Source: Macrostomum lignano
Taxonomy: Eukaryota
Assembly: GCA_002269645.1 (NCBI GenBank)
Contig: NIVC01000159.1
Coordinates: forward strand, 1 to 55,034
Direction: 5' to 3'
Length of the DNA: 55,034 nucleotides
Positions 1 through 12,270 of the stretch are shown here, one piece after another. Every line of letters starts with the position of its first letter. Positions within the stretch are counted from its first letter, which is position 1. A program made the translations under genes and the position numbers. The notes below the pieces were generated by a model. It did no database searches. It saw only the letters and a list, made by a program, of their open reading frames with translations, and was not told the origin of the DNA.

Positions 1-3000
1 GAGCCAACGGAACCGAGTACTAGTGAGGTGAGAACAGGATTCGTACTAGAAGAGTCAACTGGCACCTTCGCAGACACGTCGGTACGTGAAAACTGTAGCG
101 ACTCTAAAGAAAAAGCAAGCCAAGAAGCACTTAAGGATGACCATTTGCACTGTCTGGAATGCCTGTTGGACTGTGGCGATCTTCCAATTCAATGTCTTCA
201 CGATGATCGTAAGACCGAAATTAAGGAAGAGGAATTTAATGACAGAGTCCTAATTAACAATCCAAGAACTTTACAGCGGAATGAAGCAGAAACTGAGTTC
301 GGGATTCAGACAGAAGTATCCGTAGAATCAGTCGTCAGCTTTCTTGACGCGGACGATTTCACGATGGAACAGAGGCGCTCTGCATCGGATAAGGAACATC
401 TGAAAGTTTCAGCAGGCCAAACTGAGGTCACTCCCGAGGCTGAAGAGACACTTGATTCCGTAGTCAGTCTACTTGCCACTGAAGATCTGTTGCTAGAAAA
501 AGCTGATGATCAACTTCCTGAAGTGGTGGATGGTGTAGAAGTTTCTGTTCCGAAAAAAGAACCTGTCAACAGGAGCGCAGATGGAAAGAGTCTTTACAGG
601 TGGATGAAATTGTGTGCCTTCTTGATCACAACGACCTATCTACTCAACACGGTGACGATCAGATCTGCAGCTTGAAGCACACAACCTTGAAACCTTCAGA
701 TTCCGATTTAATGATCGAGAAGAGTCTGGATATTGCGCAGCAAACAATTGAGTCTGAAAATTACAAACAGGAAATGGTTGAAAGTGTAGAAACGTCGCAG
801 CCACTCAGCGATACAACTGACTCAAAAATCCGCTATTCTGCATCAGTTGATATGGAAGCTAACTTTGTTGCTGGTAAGAGTGAAGCGGTTAGTGTTCCAA
901 CACCGGAGGGTAATGTCTCAGAAGCCAGTTTAAATTTAGGCTCCAGGGCTGACAGACAAGATTTGATCAAGCTATCAAGCAACGACTTGGAGTCACTGTT
1001 TGAAATCGCATCGGATTTTGATATCAGACACATTAGATCGCGACTAAGTCCCATTGAAGAATTCGATTCCAGAGTCGCTGTGGAAGAGGAAAGGGTCGAT
1101 TGCACTTTTAGCAACGAAAGCAATAATCGTAAAACTTTTGTCGAACTTCCCTGCAACTACACTGGAAGCGCAGAAGCTCTGACATCAGTGCTTTTGGATA
1201 CACTTAACTGTGAGCAGGAAGTGGAGCACCCGGAATCAAGCTCATATTCGTTGTCGAGAACTACCGGCCAACACGCAGAGACTCTGGCTAAATTAGCTGA
1301 GTCGCTTGAAGCAACTGAGACAGTAGATGACACTCCGGTAAATGTTGGCAGTTGTGCAGTCTTTAGTACTAGAGATGAGACATCAAAAGCACTCGACAAG
1401 GTTTTAGACTCGATGCAGAGTCTTCTACCAGAGGAAGACACTGAAGAAGTGGCCGCTCCGGCTGGCTCTTATTTAGTGGACAATCCAGACCCCGACGCCG
1501 CTGCTCAGCTGCTCAGTAACCTGGCTGATGCTATGGATGACTCATCTGAGAAGCCGGTTCCGCCAGATAGGGCTCTATGCAAATGTGACTCTGGCAGGTT
1601 TGTTCTTGAGGAAGCCGCAGCTCAGCTGGAGAGCTTTCTAGACGATAGCGACATCGTGCTGCCATCAAAATCAAGTGATGCTCTCGTTGACCGGTTTTCG
1701 ATGAAGAGCAAGTACAGCCACCACAAGGAGCTGCGGACGGCGCACCCCCAGCGTTTGATCTTGGTCACAGGAGTCCAGAAGACAGGAGCCCCCCTGAACC
1801 AATTGGTGTCGTGGGACAGTTTGAACCGCCAAGTCTCACTACCCTGCCAGACTTTGGGCTTGACGAGGACATCGAGACCAGAGACGAGTCGAAGGTGAAA
1901 GAAGAGGATCAAACTAAAGATCGGCTGCAGGAAGCCGCGGAGCTGCCTGGTGCAGTCCAAGGTTCCAGCGATTACGAAGCAGAAAAGGCCGGAGAATCAG
2001 GGGCAGCATCACCAGAACAATCTTCTGGCTGCATCGATTTAGCAACAACCGGTCAGGCTTCACCAGCAGTCCCGCCCGAGTTCGTTATTGTTGCCGATTC
2101 TGAGGGGCCATCAACCACTAAAGGAGAAGCGGCTGCAGTCCAGCTTGGCATGCAGTTAGGCATCGGCGATCCCGATGCCACGACCAGCGGTAGGCGCTCT
2201 CCGATGTGGATGCCACCACAGCCGCCGAGATCGCCGACTGCGATGTCCCGACTTGAGCTAGAGCTTTTGGACCGGTCCGTGTTTTTCCCACGAGTTCGCA
2301 GCGCCGAAGACGTTGGATCTTCGTCTGACAGCGCCGGCCAGCAGGAGGAGGTCAGCAAGGACAGTGACGGGGACGACGATGACAGCTGGGTCGATCCCCA
2401 TGAGTATCGGCCCAGCAAGCGGTCGCACTACAATCCGATTGTGCCTCGGCTCGACCTCGGCGACCTCAGCCGATCCTTGTCCTGTGAGGCCAATATTGAC
2501 AGCGCCGGAAGTGACGAGCCAGCAACTCCGATGGCACCGCGAGCTCCACCGGCAGCTGTACGGGAGCTCGCGGCCGCCGCTGCAGCCGCTGCCGCTGCGA
2601 GAACGCCTCGGGTGCCTCCTCAACGACAGGCCTCGCAGCCTCATCCAATTTTGCATCAAAATCCGCGTAATCTGGAGCAGCAGCAACAGCAGCAGCAACA
2701 GCAGAAGCCGCCGATGTCAGCGCCACCTGGGCCCAAGTTTGGTGGCTATGGGGCACCGAACTGGGGCAATGTGATCCAAGAGCTAAAAGGAAAGCCACGA
2801 CCGGGCCAGTGCGCGCCTATCAACCCACCTGGTCGTCTGGGGAGCCTACAAAGCGAACGTCGCGCCTTTGCGTCACAGGGCAGGCAGCAAATAGAGACAG
2901 CCATCAGCCAGCTGCGGCCCCGCCCGAGCTCCTTGCATGTGGCTCAGAGGGTCGGGCAGCCCTTGCAGCAGCAGCAGCGGACTCTCTCACCCGGTCCGCA

Positions 3001-3093
3001 GTCTTCACAGTTGCAGGATCTGCTACCGCCGCCAACCCTGCCGAAGCCCAAATGCCCGACCAGGCCGCATCCAATGGCGGCTGCCAGTAAAAG
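1..3093 (+). CDS. Synaptotagmin-like (Slp/Bitesize-type) gene, giant acidic/disordered exon, 5'-partial, with two apparent 1-nt deletions (~585, ~1691)
   Basis: Frame 1 is open from base 1. Coherent acidic protein continues in frame 3 (KESLQVDEIVCLLD) and then frame 2 (PVFDEEQVQPP...AASK). Ends at donor AG|GTAAAT (3093/3094, phase 2), which matches the phase of the next exon. Confidence 0.7.
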
Positions 3094-3772
3094 GTAAATT
3101 TTCTAATTGCACTGGGTCCTAGATATTCCTAGATACCCTCAGTACCCCTAGTGCGAGCATGCTTCCCTTTAGTGTATGGGAGTTTCCATCACCGCGCGTG
3201 ACCGCATGCTGTTTCCTGGAAAATCCCAGAATAGGCTTTTGTTTCAACCCGAATAAACTTGGCCCTCCATTCCGGTCTCCGCATGACTCCGGGTCGGACG
3301 AGCTCTGGCCGGGAAATAGGGGGGGGGCTAAAAATAGTCTTTGAGGCAGCGAACTCGGCTTCTGCTTCAAGCTGCGCAAAAACTGAAAGCAATATGAAAG
3401 TTTGCTTTTCTGCTTCTTCAAGGCCACGGAGCACTGATCAGAGGCAGCGGGTTATTCCGCAATAAAAAGCGACTATGAATTTCCTCGAGTTCCTGGCCGC
3501 AGAAGCAGCAAGCAGACGGAGTCACGCGCTCACTGAGCACTCTGCCGTAGAAAGACTTCCCTTAGTGGTTCTTTTAGCTTCAGCTGTAGCTGGATGAGAC
3601 ATCTTAGAAGCATCTTGTCAAATTAATTAAAATGTAGTCTGAGTTCACTGACTCAGAGGTTGAGTCCAGTTAGAAGCATCAATAGAAAAAATTCTCCTTT
3701 TTGCCTGAGCTGAGTGGCAGCTGCAATATTAAACTATGAACTCAGCTATGAGCTTATAATGGTTCTCTCCAG

Positions 3773-5659
3773 CAGACAAGCGCTGCCCGAGGTCATGTCT
3801 GAGGCTCCCACCGAGTCAGGCGCCATCGTGCAAATGAGACAGCAGCGCTCCGACTCGAGCCGCGATGAGCCGGACCAAATCGCTGAGAAGCCTGTCGGCG
3901 ATTCTGAGAACCAGCCAGCCGAGGCTGACCAGCCGCAGCTGCAGGATGTTCAGGAACGCGCTAAAGTACTCGAAGCTGAACAATCTGGGATCACGGAGAG
4001 GGAAGCGTCTCAATCGGATGAAAATAAATCAGCTGTCTCAGCGGGTGAGCTCAGTCTCGTCTCTCAGCCAGCCACCACTGATGCTGAGCTGGCAGTTATC
4101 CAAGCTTCTGCTGTGAGCAACGAGCTGCCATCAATTACAGCTGAGCCAGAAGCAACTGGCAAAATGCAGGAGCTGGTGTCTGCTGCACCCGCAGCTGAAG
4201 TATCTTCAGACTTACCTGTTAGTGTCGCGTTATCGGAGGGCGCAGCAACTTCCACACACGGGATTGAGCCACAAGCGGCTGCTGACTGTGCGGCAACAGC
4301 AGAGGAAGTGCCGCCAACGGCCGAGGAGGAGCTGCAGGCCCTCGCAGAGCTGCTCTCGGTGGAGCCGCAGGAGGCCAAAACGATCTCAGACGCGCTGGCC
4401 GGCAGAGGGAAGCAGCCGAAATCCGAGGAGGAGAAACTCTTCGAACGGCTGGACAAGACGGAGGGACTGTCTGAGGAGGAGCTGGTGAAGGTGGCCCAGC
4501 TGATGAACATGGACCAGGAGACTGCCAAGGCCGTGGCTCGGTTCCTCATCACTCAGCAACCTGGCGATGATGAAGCCGAAGACGAGGAAACCGAAGCGGA
4601 CACCGAGAACCTGGATGAGACTGACACCACTGTGGACACCGAGTGGGAGCGACTGCAGCAGCGGTACTTCGACGACCCGGACGAGTTCCGGTTTGTGCGA
4701 CCTCTCCGCGACGCTGCCGGTACGCGCGATGGCGCCGAGTCGAACGTCAGCCGAGGCTCCTCCGGTGCCACTGGTAGCGACATTCGGCAACGAATGCGCG
4801 AATTCGGCGACCTTCTGCTCGGCTTCGACAACCCCATTTCCGACGACGCCTCGGTCGGTGACGACGCCACCTCGGAGCGCAGCTTCGACGTTGATTCGAT
4901 GCGCTTCCGCTTTGAGCGGCTAATGAGCTTCTCCGACAGAGCCTCGGTTGTTTCATCGGACCGGACGAGCCTCGCGCCCTCATCTGCTAGCGGGACGCAC
5001 CGACGACGTCGCGTGGGAGCCAGAAGCGTCTCGAGAACATCCTCTCAGGCCAGCAGTCTCGCCCCATCTGCTGCTGTCGCTGCAGCCAACGCTGCGGTCT
5101 CGTCTGGAGAGACGCCCGCACCGGTGCAGGCAGTTGGCCGGCCTGTGCGGCGTGCCCAGTCGGACGCTCTGCGCAATGCGTCCCAGCTGCAGCAGATCGT
5201 CCAGATCAAGCGCATGATCGAGCGCCGTCGCCAGCAGCAGTCTCAGGCAGCGCCGACATCAGCTGCCGACAGTCAGGAATCGCCGACAGAGCATTCAACC
5301 TCTGCCGCCCAACACCGCATTTCAGAAGACAACCGACCGCCAGCGGCCTATCGCCCGGGTTCACCGTCGCCTCCTTCACTGCCGCCTCCGACTGTGTTTG
5401 TTGAAGAGACGCCCTCGGACGATGGCGCGGATGCTGTCGAGGCCTTCAAGAAGCCGACACCAGTCGCTGAGGATTCTGCAACCAACACTGCGGAAGTTAT
5501 GCCGAAGGAGGAGCTGGCGACGGAGTCTTCGTCCCAGCAGCCGCCGGCTGGCGAGATTCGCCTGTCGGTGTCCCCGGCCGCAGGAGGTGCCCTGACGGTA
5601 CACGTGATTGAGTGCCGCGGCCTCCGAGTTGGTGATGCCAGAAAATCTCGGACCGACAG
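3773..5659 (+). CDS. Slp-like gene exon 2: acidic linker plus start of C2A (GEIRLSVSPAAGGALTVHVIECRGL)
   Basis: Open 649-aa ORF. Tandem acceptor TCCAG|CAG|A (3773 or 3776, both phase 2). Donor AG|GTGAGC at 5659/5660. Confidence 0.85.
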
Positions 5660-6170
5660 GTGAGCAAGGAACCGGGATGTTTTTTTTCAGAAAAAAATAA
5701 CTCAGGAAAAAGTTTTGCAGGACAAACAGCTTCGCTGGCGACAGACTAACATAAGAATGACAAATTGCTGCAGCCGGTGCGGCAGTTTCAGCTGACTGAT
5801 ACTAAGCCCCCCACTCCCTGTCGGACTCAAGCGGATGTGCTCATCGATTTGCCGCTAAGCCCGCAGCTTATGCGGAGTCGCTACACGAGCGACTGTCATG
5901 ATTGACCCGCAGCCACTCTGCCGAATAAATTTATGAGTTCCGGATACCCGCTCGGCCCTGGCAGCGCTCCAAGTGCGTTTGCGAGCGTCTGCTCCTTGGC
6001 TCGCCCATAGGGTTCGCCTGCAGATAAAATAACTTTAATTAATCGAACTCCAAATAACTGAAGCCAACTGCAGCACCAGGGGCTGGAGAGAGTGCGAGAG
6101 AGGACGGGGCCTGTTAGCCGACAATTTCTTTCCGAGTGACAGTTGAAGCAGAAGAGAAGCGCCTGTTTTA

Positions 6171-7562
6171 GGCTTCTCATGTGAGCCTGGCCAGGGAGTT
6201 TCAGAGAGAGAATATGGCTTCTCATGTGAGCCTGGCCAGGGAGTTTCAGATGGAGAATCTGGCTTCTCATGTGAGCCTGGCCAGGGAGTTTCAGATGGAG
6301 AATCTGGCTTCTCATGTGAGCCTGGCCAGGGAGTTTTAGAGGGAGAATCTGGCTTCTCATGTGAGCCTGGCCAGGGAGTTTTAGAGGGAGAATCTGGCTT
6401 CTCGTGTGAGCCTGGCCAGGGAGTTTTAGAGGGAGAATCTGGCTTCTCGTGTGAGCCTGGCCAGGGAGTTTCAGATGGAGAATCTGGCTTCTCATGTGAG
6501 CCTGGCCAGGGAGTTTTAGAGGGAGAATCTGGCTTCTCGTGTGAGCCTGGCCAGGGAGTTTTAGAGGGAGAATCTGGCTTCTCATGTGAGCCTGGCCAGG
6601 GAGTTTTAGAGGGAGAATCTGGCTTCTCGTGTGAGCCTGGCCAGGGAGTTTCAGATGGAGAATCTGGCTTCTCATGTGAGCCTGGCCAGGGAGTTTCAGA
6701 TGGAGAATCTGGCTTCTCGTGTGAGCCTGGCCAGGGAGTTTCAGATGGAGAATCTGGCTTCTCATGTGAGCCTGGCCAGGGAGTTTTAGAGGGAGAATCT
6801 GGCTTCTCGTGTGAGCCTGGCCAGGGAGTTTCAGATGGAGAATCTGGCTTCTCATGTGAGCCTGGCCAGGGAGTTTCAGATGGAGAATCTGGCTTCTCAT
6901 GTGAGCCTGGCCAGGGAGTTTCAGATGGAGAATCTGGCTTCTCATGTGAGCCTGGCCAGGGAGTTTTAGAGGGAGAATCTGGCTTCTCATGTGAGCCTGG
7001 CCAGGGAGTTTTAGAGGAGAATCTGGCTTCTCGTGTGAGCCTGGCCAGGGAGTTTCAGATGGAGAATCTGGCTTCTCATGTGAGCCTGGCCAGGGAGTTT
7101 CAGATGGAGAATCTGGCTTCTCGTGTGAGCCTGGCCAGGGAGTTTCAGATGGAGAATCTGGCTTCTCATGTGAGCCTGGCCAGGGAGTTTTAGAGGAGAA
7201 TCTGGCTTCTCGTGTGAGCCTGGCCAGGGAGTTTCAGATGGAGAATCTGGCTTCTCATGTGAGCCTGGCCAGGGAGTTTCAGATGGAGAATCTGGCTTCT
7301 CATGTGAGCCTGGCCAGGGAGTTTCAGATGGAGAATCTGGCTTCTCGTGTGAGCCTGGCCAGGGAGTTTTAGAGGGAGAATCTGGCTTCTCGTGTGAGCC
7401 TGGCCAGGGAGTTTTAGAGGGAGAATCTGGCTTCTCATGTGAGCCTGGCCAGGGAGTTTCAGATGGAGAATCTGGCTTCTCATGTGAGCCTGGCCAGGGA
7501 GTTTCAGATGGAGAATCTGGCTTCTCGTGTGAGCCTGGCCAGGGAGTTTTAGAGGGAGAATA
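6171..7562. repeat. 45-bp minisatellite, ~31 copies (Slp intron 2)
   Basis: GGCTTCTC(A/G)TGTGAGCCTGGCCAGGGAGTT(TCAGAT/TTAGAG)GGAGAATCT; 15-aa periodic ORFs. Confidence 0.97.
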
Positions 7563-8201
7563 TGGAGCGGAGGGCTCCATCGCTTATCCACTTTTTGAGG
7601 AGTTCAATACCCAGATTACTGCATAATTCCCCGAGCAAGTGTGCAAGCTAATGAGGGAGAATTATTTTGAAGTTTCTTTCAAATTCTTCTCTTGAAGGAA
7701 TTTTTTCAAGTCTACCGTTGTTAAAATGAGAAATGAGTCCCCAGTCCCAGTTGATCTGCTTTCTGTCCAGATTTGCATCTCAAGTGTCTTGAGTCGGGCC
7801 TGCCTTCCATTAACCGTCTGTAACGGCTCTCTCGCCTGGCTGTCGGGTTGTCTCCCTCTCGTCTCTCAAGCAGAAGGCCGGGTGTGAGGAGAATCCGCCA
7901 GCCGCACCCGCTTGACTCTCGGAGCTGCTCGCGGTCGTAAATCTTCCACGAGTCGTGGAGGATTCTTTGAGCGTTAAGCAGAAATTGCAGCAAAAGTTGC
8001 CGTCTTTGATGGCGAAACACGGAAATTGGGAGCGGAGCTGTTTGGGCCCTTTGCTGCAGTGACCTCGGGTGAACTCTGTGCCGAAATGATTGTGTGTGAC
8101 TGCCTGACAGATGGGCGGGCGGCAGCTTCAGGCCCAAGCACTATACATAAGTGTGCGTATTATCAGGTAATTGACTGAGATTACACTCCCAGTCATGCAT
8201 G

Positions 8202-8600
8202 TTGGCTAGATTAGCAATCCATTTTAGTCCCTTCATGATTGATTGGCTAGATTAGCAATCCACTCTATTCTGTTTATGATTGATGGGCTAGATTAGCAAT
8301 CCACTCTATTCTGTTTATGATTGATTGGCTAGATTAGCAATCCCCTCTATTATGTTTATGATTGATTGGCTAGATTAGCAATCCCCTCTATTATGTTTAT
8401 GATTGATTGGCTAGATTAGCAATCCACTCTATTCTGTTTATGATTGATTGGCTAGATTAGCAATCCCCTCTATTATGTTTATGATTGATTGCCTAGATTA
8501 GCAATCCACTCTATTCTGTTTATGATTGATTGGCTAGATTAGCAATCCCCTCTACTATGTTTATGATTGATTGGCTAGATTAGTAATCCACTCTAATTAT
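8202..8600. repeat. 41-bp minisatellite, ~10 copies (Slp intron 2)
   Basis: TTGGCTAGATTAGCAATCC(A/C)CTCTATT(C/A)TGTTTATGATTGA; unit starts at 8243, 8284, 8325. Confidence 0.95.
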
Positions 8601-8638
8601 ATTCCTTCATCTGATTTCTACGGCATGTATCACTCACA

Positions 8639-9455
8639 GGCGCACGCATCTATCAGAGAGAAGCCCAAGGCGCATCTATCAGAGAGAAGCCCAAGGCGCA
8701 TCTATCAGAGAAAACCCCAAGGCGCATCTATCAGAGAAAACCCCAAGGCGCATCTATCAGAGAAAACCCCAAGGCGCATCTATCAGAGAAAACCCCAAGG
8801 CGCATCTATCAGAGAAAACCCCAAGGCGCATCTATCAGAGAAAACCCCAAGGCGCATCTATCAGAGAAAACCCCAAGGCGCATCTATCAGAGAAAACCCC
8901 AAGGCGCATCTATCAGAGAAAACCCCAAGGCGCATCTATCAGAGAAAACCCCAAGGCGCATCTATCAGAGAAAACCCCAAGGCGCATCTATCAGAGAAAA
9001 CCCCAAGGCGCATCTATCAGAGAAAACCCCAAGGCGCATCTATCAGAGAAAACCCCAAGGCGCATCTATCAGAGAAAACCCCAAGGCGCATCTATCAGAG
9101 AAAACCCCAAGGCGCATCTATCAGAGAAAACCCCAAGGCGCATCTATCAGAGAAAACCCCAAGGCGCATCTATCAGAGAAAACCCCAAGGCGCATCTATC
9201 AGAGAAAACCCCAAGGCGCATCTATCAGAGAAAACCCCAAGGCGCATCTATCAGAGAAAACCCTAAGGCGCATCTATCAGAGAAAACCCCAAGGCGCATC
9301 TATCAGAGAAAACCCCAAGGCGCATCTATCAGAGAAAACCCCAAGGCGCATCTATCAGAGATAAGCCCAAGGCGCATCTATCAGAGATAAGCCCAAGGCG
9401 CATCTATCAGAGAAAACCCCAAGGCGCATCTATCAGAGAAAACCCCAAGGCGCAT
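8639..9455. repeat. 26-bp minisatellite, ~31 copies (Slp intron 2)
   Basis: GGCGCATCTATCAGAGAAAACCCCAA; homogeneous centre, divergent ends. Confidence 0.97.
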
Positions 9456-10373
9456 CGGGCCAACCTACGGTCGCCCGAAAGGCCGAATTTCAATTTGTGA
9501 AAATTCCAAGCCATGCGAATTCAGACTGGCTGTTTACAAACTCAAAAACAATAAGTTGGAATTTTCGGGCGTGTTTCTGGTGGCCAGGTGGGCAATGAAT
9601 GGCGAGCGCAGTTTCGCGGGTGGGTGCCCAGAACAGCAGGCCGCAGAGCTGAGCCCCCTGAAAACTTCGCCTGTTGTGCTCTGTAGGGTGGGGCCATTGT
9701 GGGGCGCCTCTCCGAGCTGCAGGAGTTGCTGCAGAGTCCATTTACATTCTCCTCTCTCTCTCACCCTTCTCTCTCTGTTCTGCTGGAGTTTCCTATTTAT
9801 AAAACTTGAGCGCTTTGCTTTTGCTTTGATGCCTCGGGCTGGCCTGTCTGTCTGCCCACCTTTCCGCCTCCCTCTGCGTAGCCAAATTGTGCAAAGCCAA
9901 AAATCTCCTGAGCGCCTTGAGGGCTGCTGCTTTTTCTGTGTTGCAGAAATAACCTGCTGCGTCTTTTTTGGCCAGCTTGCAGCAGAGCACAACCTGTGGG
10001 ATGTGCGACATTGGCAAATCCGAAAGATGTTTCTAGGGAAAAAAATTCCAGCAATGGAGTATTAATGAGCTCGCCCTGCTCCGCTACTCCGCTCCCCATC
10101 CTCCGTAGACTCCGGAGACTTTTGCTCACTGGAGAAAACATGAGCTGGAGCTGGGGTTTTCTCGGCCTTATTAATCATTTTTGTTATTACTCTGTCACAA
10201 GACTCAAGCCTTCAGATGAGACAGGGGGGGCGAACTCGAGAAGCGAAATCGAATTTACTGAGTTGCATCGCACGAATGGTTTATTTATTCACAGTTTTAT
10301 TGAGTGTTTTGCTTAACTATTACTCACAGTAGACACAAAGCAAAATTAATGCGTTTTGCTAAAACTGTTTTAG

Positions 10374-10467
10374 CTACGCCAAGCTGCTTTTGCTGCCTGA
10401 CCGCCTGAAGAAGAAGACTAAAGTGAAAAAGAACACGGCTAATCCTGTGTTCGACGAGTCGTTTAAG
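10374..10467 (+). CDS. Slp-like gene exon 3, C2A (SYAKLLLLPDRLKKKTKVKKNTANPVFDESFK)
   Basis: Acceptor TTTTAG|C and donor AAG|GTGAGT. Phases 2 and 0 fit both neighbours. Typical C2 motif KTKVKKNTxNPVFDESF. Confidence 0.9.
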
Positions 10468-10650
10468 GTGAGTTCCCTGGTTGCAGTGCTCATTCAGGAG
10501 TGCCGCATGGAATTCAAGATAGCTTATAAATGGGCATTGAATTCCTGAGCTCGTTCTCATTCCCTCTGTCCCTCTTCGTTTTATAATCAGTTTTTGTTCT
10601 GGCAAACAAGCAGACCCTGCGTTAAAGACATGACGGAAATACGGGGGATC

Positions 10651-12270
10651 GGGGGATGCTTTCTATCTGGGGTATGCTTGCTATCTGGGGGATGCTTGCT
10701 ATCTGGGGATGCTTGCTATCTGGGGATGCTTGCTATCTGGGGGATGCTTGCTATCTGGGGATGCTTGCTATCTGGGGGATGCTTGCTATCTGGGGATGCT
10801 TGCTATCTGGGGGGTGCTTGCTATCTGGGTGGATGCTTGCTATCTGGGGGATGCTTGCTATCTGGGTGGATGCTTGCTATCTGAGGGATGCTTGCTATCT
10901 GGGTGGATGCTTGCTATCTGGGGGATGCTTGCTATCTGGGTGGATGCTTGCTATCTGGGTGGATGCTTGCTATCTGGGTGGATGCTTGCTATCTGGGTGG
11001 ATGCTTGCTATCTGGGTGGATGCTTGCTATCTGGGGGATGCTTGCTATCTGGGTGGATGCTTGCTATCTGGGTGGATGCTTGCTATCTGGGGATGCTTGC
11101 TATCTGGGGGATGCTTGCTATCTGGGGATGCTTGCTATCTGGGGGATGCTTGCTATCTGGGGATGCTTGCTATCTGGGGATGCTTGCTATCTGGGGGATG
11201 CTTGCTATCTGGGTGGATGCTTGCTATCTGAGGGATGCTTGCTATCTGGGTGGATGCTTGCTATCTGGGGGATGCTTGCTATCTGGGTGGATGCTTGCTA
11301 TCTGGGTGGATGCTTGCTATCTGGGTGGATGCTTGCTATCTGGGTGGATGCTTGCTATCTGGGTGGATGCTTGCTATCTGGGGGATGCTTGCTATCTGGG
11401 TGGATGCTTGCTATCTGGGTGGATGCTTGCTATCTGGGTGGATGCTTGCTATCTGGGGGATGCTTGCTATCTGGGGATGCTTGCTATCTGGGTGGATGCT
11501 TGCTATCTGGGGATGCTTGCTATCTGGGGGATGCTTGCTATCTGGGGATGCTTGCTATCTGGGGGGTGCTTGCTATCTGGGTGGATGCTTGCTATCTGGG
11601 GGATGCTTGCTATCTGGGTGGATGCTTGCTATCTGAGGGATGCTTGCTATCTGGGTGGATGCTTGCTATCTGGGGGATGCTTGCTATCTGGGTGGATGCT
11701 TGCTATCTGGGTGGATGCTTGCTATCTGGGTGGATGCTTGCTATCTGGGTGGATGCTTGCTATCTGGGTGGATGCTTGCTATCTGGGTGGATGCTTGCTA
11801 TCTGGGTGGATGCTTGCTATCTGGGTGGATGCTTGCTATCTGGGTGGATGCTTGCTATCTGAGGGATGCTTGCTATCTGGGGGATGCTTGCTATCTGGGT
11901 GGATGCTTGCTATCTGGGTGGATGCTTGCTATCTGGGTGGATGCTTGCTATCTGGGGGATGCTTGCTATCTGGGGATGCTTGCTATCTGGGGGATGCTTG
12001 CTATCTGGGGATGCTTGCTATCTGGGGGATGCTTGCTATCTGGGTGGATGCTTGCTATCTGGGGGGTGCTTGCTATCTGGGGGATGCTTGCTATCTGGGT
12101 GAATGCTTGCTATCTGGGGGATGCTTGCTATCTGGGGGATGCTTGCTATCTGGGGGATGCTTGCTATCTGGGTGGATGCTTGCTATCTGGGGGATGCTTG
12201 CTATCTGGGGGATGCTTGCTATCTGGGTGGATGCTTGCTATCTGGGGGATGCTTGCTATCTGGGTGGATG
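10651..12270. repeat. 18-19-bp minisatellite, ~85 copies (Slp intron 3)
   Basis: GATGCTTGCTATCTGGG(T/G)G with a variable G-run. Confidence 0.97.

Noticed and set aside
575-1700. Programmed -1 ribosomal frameshifting at the Slp indels (and at epsin ~52083)
   Set aside because: No canonical X XXY YYZ slippery heptamer in the right phase and no obvious downstream pseudoknot. Homopolymer deletion is simpler.
833-5603. Antisense and alternate-frame ORFs over GC-rich exons (also 22147-24390, 32525-33166, 46329-46949)
   Set aside because: They are shadows of codon-biased real CDSs, with no independent motifs or splice support.
7721-8137. 138-aa minus-strand ORF as a transposase fragment
   Set aside because: No recognisable catalytic motif. 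It may be TE-derived but cannot be supported by eye.
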